From Arenicellales bacterium (lineage in GTDB: Bacteria; Pseudomonadota; Gammaproteobacteria; Arenicellales; JAJDZL01): DNA of 64,000 nt. Positions within the stretch are counted from its first letter, which is position 1. Every line of letters begins with the position of its first letter. Under the pieces are notes generated by a model. The model was not told where the DNA came from. It made no database searches and saw only the letters and a list, made by a program, of their open reading frames with translations. This document shows positions 57,095 through 64,000 of the stretch, piece after piece. The stretch lies in assembly GCA_965243305.1 (NCBI GenBank), contig CBDEUN010000002.1:1323-65322 (forward strand), written 5' to 3'. The position numbers and the translations under genes are program-made.

Positions 57095-58879
57095 TTAGAA
57101 CTGACTTTCCGCCAATTCTAAAGCGACAGCCGAAGACTGGATGACCGCATCGGCATGCGCTTGAGCCCTGGGCAGAATATGGGTTGCAAAATATTTGGCA
57201 GAAATCAGTTTTTCTTGCAAGTGCTCCGTGTGACCCGAACCTGAACGGAGTTCAGCTGCTGTGACGGAAGCCATATCCAACATCAGCCAACCGGCAACAG
57301 TTAAGGCAAAAACATTCATGTAACCAACACTGGCTGCAGCGGTTACCTGCGGTTGAGCTTCACCCGTTTGATAAACCCATTCTGTTGCTCTGTTGAAATG
57401 ATTGAGAGCAGTCTGTACCGCAGTTGAGATCAATGCGACAGCCTCATCTTCCTGGTCGTTTTGAGAAATCGACTGACGGATAATTTCGACCAAACGTTCC
57501 AGGGCTTCGCGATCACCACGCAGAATTTTTCTTCCAATCAAGTCATTTGCCTGGATACCGGTAGTGCCCTCATATATTGGAGTGATTCTTACATCGCGTA
57601 AATACTGTGCAGCACCGGTTTCCTCAATAAAACCCATTCCACCGTGAATCTGCACCCCTAGGTATGCAACTTCATTGCCAGATTCCGCGCACCAGCCTTT
57701 GACTAGCGGAATCAGCAAGGCTTGTAGTTCACCATAATTCTGTCGGGCGATTTCATCCGGATGTTTGATTGATAAATCAAAGACTCCGGCTGTGAAGTAA
57801 GCAAGGCAACGCATTCCATCGATCAGCGACTTCATCGTCATTAGCATTCGTCTGACATCGGGATGCTCTACAATCGCAACCCGCTCTCGAGAACCGATTG
57901 CCGTGCCCTGCACTCGCTGTCTGGCATAGTCGATCGCATGCTGATAAGCGCGTTCAGCTACTGCCAACCCTTCAACTCCAACTGCATGTCGAGCCAGATT
58001 CATCATCGTAAACATGTACTCAAGCCCGCGGTTTTTTTCGCCAACCAAATAACCGATCGCACCCCCGTTATCGCCATACGACATAACAGCGGTCGGGCTC
58101 GCATGAATGCCGAGTTTGTGCTCTAGCGAAACACATCTCAAGTCGTTGCGCTCCCCTAGACTACCATCTTCATTGACTAGGAACTTCGGTACGATAAACA
58201 TCGAAATGCCTCTCACACCAGCGGGTGAATCCGAACATCTTGCCAGTACAAAATGGATGATGTTCTCGGTTAGATCATGCTCACCGTAAGTGATGAATAT
58301 TTTTTGGCCTTTGATTCGATAATAGCCATTTTCTGCAACGGCTCGGGTGCGAATGGCAGCAAGATCGGACCCGGCCTGCGACTCAGTCAGGTTCATGGTG
58401 CCAGTCCACTCTCCAGTAATCAATCGTTCCAGATAACGCTCCTGCTGGTCCTTAGATCCATGCAATTCCAAAGCTCTAATTGCACCCTGTGTCAGTAATG
58501 GACACAGTCCGAAGGACATGTTTGACGAGTGCCACATTTCCTGCACCGCTGTTGCAACGAGCCACGGCAGGCCTTGTCCACCACGCTCCACATCAAATGA
58601 CAGGCCATTCCACCCTCCATCAACAAATTGACGATATGCTTCCTTCCAACCAGGCGGTGTGGTCACCTCGCTGTTTTCGCATATGGACCCATGTTCATCA
58701 CCAACTTTATTCAGAGGGTCCAGAACATTGGAGGAGAATTTGGAAGATTCATCCAGAATTGCCGTGATAAGTTCCCGGTCCATGCCTTGAAATTCATCTA
58801 GTTCCAATATTTGATCAAGACCGGCGACGTTATGCAAGACGAACTGCATATCTTCAATGGGTGCGTGGTACTCTGACAT
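57095..58879 (-). CDS. Acyl-CoA dehydrogenase with an extended C-terminal domain
   Basis: 594 aa. It has the ACAD motifs (TESQAGSD, IHGGMGF, YEGTTGIQ) plus a C-terminal extension of about 150 aa. Confidence 0.85.
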   Translation of the reverse strand: MSEYHAPIEDMQFVLHNVAGLDQILELDEFQGMDRELITAILDESSKFSSNVLDPLNKVGDEHGSICENSEVTTPPGWKEAYRQFVDGGWNGLSFDVERGGQGLPWLVATAVQEMWHSSNMSFGLCPLLTQGAIRALELHGSKDQQERYLERLITGEWTGTMNLTESQAGSDLAAIRTRAVAENGYYRIKGQKIFITYGEHDLTENIIHFVLARCSDSPAGVRGISMFIVPKFLVNEDGSLGERNDLRCVSLEHKLGIHASPTAVMSYGDNGGAIGYLVGEKNRGLEYMFTMMNLARHAVGVEGLAVAERAYQHAIDYARQRVQGTAIGSRERVAIVEHPDVRRMLMTMKSLIDGMRCLAYFTAGVFDLSIKHPDEIARQNYGELQALLIPLVKGWCAESGNEVAYLGVQIHGGMGFIEETGAAQYLRDVRITPIYEGTTGIQANDLIGRKILRGDREALERLVEIIRQSISQNDQEDEAVALISTAVQTALNHFNRATEWVYQTGEAQPQVTAAASVGYMNVFALTVAGWLMLDMASVTAAELRSGSGHTEHLQEKLISAKYFATHILPRAQAHADAVIQSSAVALELAESQF

Positions 58880-59031
58880 TGCTACTCGTAGTGCTTCACT
58901 TTAAAATTTTTGAAAAATAGCCTGAATCTGGAAATTATAGATATGACTCAGCCAATGGTATTCATTTCTAATCCAGAGGCGACAGCGTAAATGTACTGCT
59001 AAGCTGTACCGGACACAGTCTGCGGCTGATC

Positions 59032-59217
59032 CTAAAGCGATTGAGGGACAGTTGTGCCCGTGTATTTTCGCTCAGTATATGAGCAAATTAATCTTCTCAA
59101 ATGTGCAGTGTCGGGGACAGGTAACGGATTTTCGGAACTGAGCGCAGCGAGGACGAAATGAGAGGTGTTATCTGGAATATCAAGAGTTCCGGATTCGTCA
59201 ACATAGCAAAGATACAT
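59032..59217 (-). pseudogene. DUF3800-like gene fragment (N-terminal ~30 residues recognisable)
   Basis: MYLCYVDESGTLDIPDNTSHFVLAAL matches the DUF3800 N-terminal motif (YxDESG...FVLAG). The ORF ends after 61 codons, far shorter than the family as I remember it. Confidence 0.35.
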
Positions 59218-59318
59218 GACCGCTAATTTTGAACAAAAATAATGACTAAGCATTTAGGGCTTAGAGCCCTAAGGCGAGACGCTTGGCGACTCACCTCAGA
59301 CGCGCGATTGATTATTAA

Positions 59319-59690
59319 GGAATACAACGCACAAATCAATTTTTTCCGAGACATGCAGTGGCCTTGTCGGCGGATGGCAGCGGCGAACAGTCGGTGCGGA
59401 TGTTTGGCGGATTCACCTAGGATGTGGTGCAGTGGCTTGAAGAGCATCGGATCGGGCAGGTCTCACTCACGTCGACCGGGGTCTACTGGCGATATCCCAT
59501 ATGACATCGCCAGTCATCTCCCGCCTCTGCGCTGGTCAGCCTGAACGCACAACTCTTTCGCCAACCCGTAACGGCTGTAATAGCTAGCGGCAGACGCCTC
59601 ATTGAACCACTTGATCGTCTCGTTGCTGAATTGCCGCATACCGATATACATGCGTTACAGTAACCAACACTATCACGTGATTGTTAAGTG
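59319..59690 (+). pseudogene. IS110-family (DEDD) transposase relic
   Basis: My own translation: GIQRTNQFFPRHAVALSADGSGEQSVRMFGGFT*DVVQWLEEHRIGQVSLTSTGVYWRYPI*. It resembles the N-terminal IS110 pattern (...WL.EHG...VAMESTGVYW) but has in-frame stops and no downstream half. Confidence 0.4.
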
Positions 59691-59812
59691 TGTCTAATTG
59701 ATAGATTATGATTGTATGGATACCAATTCATTCCGGGTTATTGGCTCGGTCAATAAAATTGGTAAAACCTCTGCAATAACATGGCAGGTTCGAACGAATC
59801 AATTTCCCGAAA

Positions 59813-60322
59813 CTACAAACCAAGTTCTTCAAATGTCCGCAAAGGCATGTAAAGGCGACGAGGAAGGGAGGCAAAAGCCGTAAAACCATATTTCTCATAG
59901 AAGGCTTGGATATTGTCGTTCTTGGCATCAACAACAACTGCGTACACTGCAATCGTCAAGCTCGCACAGATAATCCTGCGAATTGCGTCAAGCAGCAAAA
60001 ATTCACCTAACCCGCTTCCTTGACAAGTGTTGTCGACGGCTAGACGTCCTATCAAAGCTGCTGGAACCGGATAGTGTGGCAACTTTTTCGCCAGCTCATC
60101 CGGCAACATGTCTTTTTCAAAACTCATCGCACTTAAGGTGTAGTACCCGGCGATCTTTTGAGACGTATCTCCCGTAACAACAAAAACCTGCGTCGCGCGC
60201 CGTCGGACGTCTTGAGAGGCTTGATGTCGCAGGTAGCCGTCAAGGTCCGGTTCACCGCACGAGAAAGTAGCGCGATCGTGTTGCTTGCCGAGAGGTTCGA
60301 CACTAATCGACAGTTCATCCAC
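59813..60322 (-). CDS. GNAT-family toxin of a type II TA system (TacT/AtaT/KacT-like)
   Basis: 169 aa. FSCGEPDLDGYLRHQA, IGRLAVDNTCQGSGLG and FYEKYGF make up the classic DUF1778-associated GNAT toxin pattern. It overlaps the upstream antitoxin by 8 nt. Confidence 0.85.
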   Translation of the reverse strand: MDELSISVEPLGKQHDRATFSCGEPDLDGYLRHQASQDVRRRATQVFVVTGDTSQKIAGYYTLSAMSFEKDMLPDELAKKLPHYPVPAALIGRLAVDNTCQGSGLGEFLLLDAIRRIICASLTIAVYAVVVDAKNDNIQAFYEKYGFTAFASLPRRLYMPLRTFEELGL

Positions 60323-60599
60323 CGATGCGTTTGAGATAACGCCGTGCTGCCCGCTTCAACGCTGCGTTCGGTTCGGGCGGATTGAGCAAGGCTTCGTAGA
60401 AAGCGTCCCAGTCGGTCGCCGGAAGTACCATCCTCTCGTGTGCTTCAATGACTCGTTCGGCCGCTGGAATGGCGTTACTCAGTACGAATCGGCTGACAGT
60501 CGTTTTCTCATAGCTTGCTGCCTGTTCCAGCTTACGCTTGCTCTTGGCATCTAGACGTAAATGTACACGTTCGTATTTCAATTCGGCTGCTTCAGCCAC
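60315..60599 (-). CDS. DUF1778 (RHH) antitoxin (TacA/KacA-like)
   Basis: 94 aa. RVHLRLDAKSKRKLEQAASYEKTTVSRFVLSNAIPAAERVIE and the ...DWDAFYEALLNPPEPNAALKRA pattern are typical of DUF1778. Confidence 0.85.
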   Translation of the reverse strand: MAEAAELKYERVHLRLDAKSKRKLEQAASYEKTTVSRFVLSNAIPAAERVIEAHERMVLPATDWDAFYEALLNPPEPNAALKRAARRYLKRIGG

Positions 60600-61337
60600 T
60601 ATCCTGTCTCCTGTACATACAGTTATTTGGTTTAATTATGCACCATTATGGCGTACAGAGGAATAAGTATGCAAACCGACGATTGCGCTGTAAGGGTTTT
60701 TCGCAACGGATCTTATCGGCAACGCTAAACCCGGTGGTCGAATTCATCATCGCTGGCAGAATATCAAACCTGTTACCGGACTTCAGCACCCAGAATCGGT
60801 GATCTTCCGGTTTCGCTCGTAATATGGCGGCAGCATTGTCAACATCATGTCTTTGATATTAAAAAACATTATTGAACTCTACGGCACGATTCAAGCGCCT
60901 GTTCAAGCCTTGGCCAAATCCGCTTCAGTTGGGGTGGATATTCAGAAAACCGCTGCCTGCAACCCCAATATGGGCCGAATTGGAACACTTTCTGGGGGAT
61001 GTTTTATCACACGCCTCTGTTATCACCTGTATTACTTGACATATTTGACAGTGCAACCACCTCAGAGGATTTCGCGATAAAGATTTAGCATTGATTTGAC
61101 GCGTTAGTTGCCAGCTAGAATGGTCCTGATCACCTTCGCTTGTCCAGTGGCATATGGGGCTGCCGCAATTACGGTAGTTATTGAGCAGATTGCCAAGTCG
61201 GAGGTCAATTGAATATTGCTAAAATTCTGACGCACACTCTATGGCACACATTGCAGCTTTGCATTGTTGTGCCGTGGTTTATAGTGACTTGACCAAATTC
61301 TAAGATCACTCGTAAAATTTATCTGGAGAGAAGTGGC

Positions 61338-61871
61338 ATGAATATTCAAAGAAGTATTGCACCAATTTTCTGTCTGACTGTATTTATTGTTGGATTAGGC
61401 ACCGTCAAAGCTGATGAATTGACAGTCGAATTCGCGGATTCAGCATGGGACGGAGTTACCATTCCGGAAGGCCAGCACTGCAAGAAATTCGGTGGCAAGG
61501 GAGCAACTCCACCGTTGACGGTAAACAATATACCCGCTCAAGCCAATGCTATTGTCGTTGAGTTCAATGATCTTGATTTTCAGCCACTTTCGAAAAAAGG
61601 TGGCCATGGAAGAGTCGGTTTTGAAATTGAGATGGGTGCTGGAACGGCTCAGCTGCCAGCCGTACCCGGCGGTACCAAAAAAATGCCGGACGGCGTTTGG
61701 TTAGTAAAGAAAAACCGGGCAACGGGTGGCTGGCGAAGCCCGGGGTATCTGCCTCCATGTTCAGGAGGTCAAGGTAACACGTACGTCGCTGATGTTCTTG
61801 CTGTGGAGAAAACCAGCAAGAAGAAGTACAAAGTTCTCTCCAAAGCGCGCATCGTCATGGGAAGTTACTGA
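61338..61871 (+). CDS. Exported hypothetical protein (distantly PEBP/YbhB-like pattern)
   Basis: 177 aa with a signal peptide (MNIQRSIAPIFCLTVFIVGLGTVKA). GGKGATPPLTVNNIPAQANAIVVEFNDLD loosely resembles bacterial PEBP motifs; the functional call is weak. Confidence 0.5.
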   Translation: MNIQRSIAPIFCLTVFIVGLGTVKADELTVEFADSAWDGVTIPEGQHCKKFGGKGATPPLTVNNIPAQANAIVVEFNDLDFQPLSKKGGHGRVGFEIEMGAGTAQLPAVPGGTKKMPDGVWLVKKNRATGGWRSPGYLPPCSGGQGNTYVADVLAVEKTSKKKYKVLSKARIVMGSY

Positions 61872-61991
61872 GCCCTGTCCAGCGTTGTCAACTTGCTGAT
61901 GGCGTGACTCTATCATACGATTTTTCAGATTTACGCCAAACGCATTCAGATCAATACTCAAATAGGTTTTTGTTTCTCATGCATGATCTTT

Positions 61992-62297
61992 CTAACAGAC
62001 AACTTCATCCACATCGACTTCCCACTTCGTATTGAGTGGTGTAATGATGTCATCAAGTATCGCAAATTTGTCCCTGTCAATACCGAATATAGATGGAGGT
62101 TTACTTCGATAGGGCACAAGACGAGCGACCGGACGGTTGTTTTTTGTAATGACCAACTCCCCTCCAGTATTCGCAACTTCGTCCATCAATTTAAGGCACT
62201 TGACCTTGAATTCTGAGGCCTTTATCGTGCGTTCACGAGAAGGCTTGTATGATTCCATTGACGTTCTCCAGGTCTCGAAATAGTTTGAAATGGCCAA
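61992..62297 (-). CDS. Phd/YefM-type antitoxin-like protein
   Basis: IKASEFKVKCLKLMDEVANTGGELVITKNNRPVARLVPY...IFG...ILDDIITPL matches the prevent-host-death antitoxin pattern. The likelier start is M14 (62258). Confidence 0.7.
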   Translation of the reverse strand: MAISNYFETWRTSMESYKPSRERTIKASEFKVKCLKLMDEVANTGGELVITKNNRPVARLVPYRSKPPSIFGIDRDKFAILDDIITPLNTKWEVDVDEVVC

Positions 62298-62523
62298 CCC
62301 ATTGTACTTCGATTGAAACCATGTTCAAGACCACAGTCATCTCGAACAGATTCTCCTAACCAATATTCCCTCAGACTGCAGGTTAAATACTCTTTGTCAA
62401 TCATTAAGTTAGGTTTCGGTGGCATGTCCCGTTGATGCAAAGCTCACTGTGAATCTTCGAAAAAATTCCAAGCTATAGGGCGACTTATTCGATTTCACCT
62501 TCGGACAGTACAAAGTGGTAATT

Positions 62524-62600
62524 CTGGTTAGTACATGTGTAAAGTTTTACTCGGACCAGCCGGATTAAATGAATCTAATAAAGTTGCAAATTTTGGATTA
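62524..62600. mobile_element. Possible decayed IS481-type end (solo IR relic)
   Basis: CTGGTTAGTACATGTG (62524..62539) matches the left end of the IS481 element, CTGGTTCAGTACATGTG (18103..18119), with one indel. Downstream, ...TTGATGGAGAATTTAATCCAA (minus strand) resembles the transposase 3' coding ATGGAAAACTATAATCAA. Confidence 0.3.
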
Positions 62601-62723
62601 AATTCTCCATCAACATGAAAAATTAGTCATATCTGAATTATTTCTTGGATGTAGTTGACTTAGACGCTGAAAGTCAAAAAATTCCCGGTAAGAAATCACA
62701 TTTTATTGACTATTTTTTATACA

Positions 62724-62753
62724 ATTGCAAAATAGTAATTACCATTTTGCAAT
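62724..62753. promoter_or_regulatory. 10-bp perfect inverted repeat upstream of the second COG1373 ATPase gene
   Basis: ATTGCAAAAT-(10 nt)-ATTTTGCAAT, ending 18 nt before the ATG at 62771. Confidence 0.3.
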
Positions 62754-62770
62754 CATATATGTGATTAGTC

Positions 62771-63979
62771 ATGCAACGATATTTATTGAATCACTTTGTG
62801 ACGCACCTACAAAGACACCGTCAAATGCTGTTTTTGTCAGGACCTAGACAAGTCGGCAAAACAACCGCGGCTAAATTAATTGGCGAGTTAATGAACCAAT
62901 CTTACTACTTTAACTGGGATAATCCATCGGACAGAGCAACCATCATGGAAGGGCCCCTTGCAATCGCACAGCAAACTGGTGCAAATCAAATCACCGATAG
63001 TCTTTCGCTTTGTATTTTTGACGAATTACACAAGTTTCAGCATTGGCGAGATTTTCTGAAAGGCATGTTCGATACATACGAATCGAACCTGAGATTCTTA
63101 GTTTCAGGCAGTGCTTCCCTTCGAGTGTTCTCAAGAGGAGGCGAAAGCCTCATGGGTCGGTACTTTCCGTACACACTTCATCCAGTTTCGGTTGCCGAAT
63201 GTACGGGTGCAGACAATAGTGTTGTAGTTGATTCTCAGCCGAAGAAAATTGAACAGGATGAGTGGGAATCGCTTTGGAATTTTGGAGGATTTCCTGAACC
63301 TTTTTTACTTTCAAACAAACAATTCCATCAAAATTGGACTACTATGCGAGCGGAGAAGTTATTGCGTGAAGACTTGCGAGATTTAACTAGAATTCAAGAG
63401 TTGGGACAGATTGAGTACTTAGCGCAAATACTTCGCTATCAAGTCGGGCAGTTAACTAGTTATTCCAGCTTATCGCGTAAAGTGCAAGTACAGGTCAATA
63501 CCATCAAGAACTGGATTGCGACGCTTATTGCTCTCTATTACTGTTTTGAAATAAAACCTTGGCATACTAATGTTGCACGCTCTTTACGAAAAGAACCTAA
63601 GTACTATCTTTGGGACTGGTCAGTAATTGACGATTCAGGTGCCCGTGCCGAAAACTTTGTCGCGAGTGCTCTATACAAGGCGGTCAATTGGTGGACAAAT
63701 ACAGGTCAAGGCCAATTCGATTTACACTTCGTACGCGACAAACAGAAAAACGAAGTTGATTTTCTGGTTACGCGAAACAATTCCCCATGGTTTCTTGTTG
63801 AAGTAAAGATGAGTAAAGATGCTCCACTTTCAAAGTCTCTGCAGTATTTTCAGAATCAAACGAAAGCAGAGCACGCCTTTCAAGTGGCAATAGATATGGA
63901 TTTTGTTGAACGGAATTGCTTCGAAATTCGAGATCCAGTAATTACGCCTGCAAAAACTTTGCTCGCTCAATTGGTATGA
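62771..63979 (+). CDS. COG1373-type ATPase (AAA_14 + DUF4143 nuclease-like C-terminal domain)
   Basis: 402 aa with LSGPRQVGKTT (Walker A), IFDELHKF (Walker B) and a C-terminal KNEVDFLVTRNNSPWFLVEVKMS (D...ExK). Confidence 0.8.
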   Translation: MQRYLLNHFVTHLQRHRQMLFLSGPRQVGKTTAAKLIGELMNQSYYFNWDNPSDRATIMEGPLAIAQQTGANQITDSLSLCIFDELHKFQHWRDFLKGMFDTYESNLRFLVSGSASLRVFSRGGESLMGRYFPYTLHPVSVAECTGADNSVVVDSQPKKIEQDEWESLWNFGGFPEPFLLSNKQFHQNWTTMRAEKLLREDLRDLTRIQELGQIEYLAQILRYQVGQLTSYSSLSRKVQVQVNTIKNWIATLIALYYCFEIKPWHTNVARSLRKEPKYYLWDWSVIDDSGARAENFVASALYKAVNWWTNTGQGQFDLHFVRDKQKNEVDFLVTRNNSPWFLVEVKMSKDAPLSKSLQYFQNQTKAEHAFQVAIDMDFVERNCFEIRDPVITPAKTLLAQLV

Positions 63980-64000
63980 GGTTGGCTTGGATGAAAGTGA

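Noticed and set aside
60600-61337. Several frames with Cys-rich or partially open reading (e.g. an ATG-less minus-strand frame of about 97 codons, and ORF 60847..61080)
   Set aside because: I found no start codon/RBS combination and no family motif. I regard this as eroded intergenic DNA of the old mobile element.
62420-62436. 10-nt match (TGTCCCGTTG) to the IS4 terminal inverted repeat
   Set aside because: The match is short, does not extend into the CACTAG terminus, and is expected by chance at appreciable frequency in 64 kb read on both strands.
62222-62440. 72-aa minus-strand ORF upstream of and overlapping the Phd-like gene, considered as a possible toxin or partner gene
   Set aside because: It has no recognisable toxin motif, it overlaps the antitoxin's 5' extension in another frame, and it has no RBS. 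It is probably decayed or noncoding sequence.
1-64000. Search for tRNA, rRNA, CRISPR arrays, integrase genes or att-like repeats at the island borders
   Set aside because: I found no cloverleaf-compatible GTTCGAATC-type T-arms in a proper context, no regularly spaced short repeats and no tyrosine/serine recombinase motifs. Manual scanning may have missed some.

Overview
This is a 64-kb window from an AT-rich bacterial chromosome whose gene content looks proteobacterial, probably gammaproteobacterial; I cannot place it more precisely from sequence alone. Positions 1-35 kb and 52.7-58.9 kb look like ordinary backbone. They carry ispH, znuCB, a TPP acetolactate-synthase-like enzyme, a PHA/fatty-acid block (phaC, a PhaJ-like MaoC dehydratase, acyl-CoA synthetases, enoyl-CoA hydratase, ETF-QO, acyl-CoA dehydrogenase, a 3-hydroxybutyrate-dehydrogenase-like SDR, an acylating aldehyde dehydrogenase) and a glycosyltransferase/DUF547 cluster. 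Positions 35.2-52.7 kb and 59-64 kb are accessory and mosaic, with visibly GC-richer genes embedded in AT-rich DNA. There are four complete IS copies: one IS1380-family, one IS481-family and two identical IS4-family copies. Three of them have exact target-site duplications (TSDs), and two of those split genes that can be rebuilt in frame: an SMC-like ATPase partnered with a metallophosphoesterase, and an aromatic-amino-acid-decarboxylase-like gene. The accessory DNA also holds four P-loop ATPase + PD-(D/E)XK nuclease fusion genes from two families. One of these is a deletion derivative that forms a diverged direct repeat around a YtrA-type GntR/ABC cassette. Other accessory content is a decayed Uma2 endonuclease gene, a GNAT/DUF1778 toxin-antitoxin pair, an apparently orphan Phd-like antitoxin, IS110/DUF3800/IS481 relics, and an unrecognisable 344-aa ORF next to a GC-rich AAA+ NTPase, both bracketed by the two IS4 copies. 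I saw no rRNA, tRNA or CRISPR array. The best candidates for something undescribed are the ATPase-nuclease cluster at 35-43 kb and the orphan/NTPase pair at 46-49.4 kb. Both are inferences from domain motifs and context and are not demonstrated systems.
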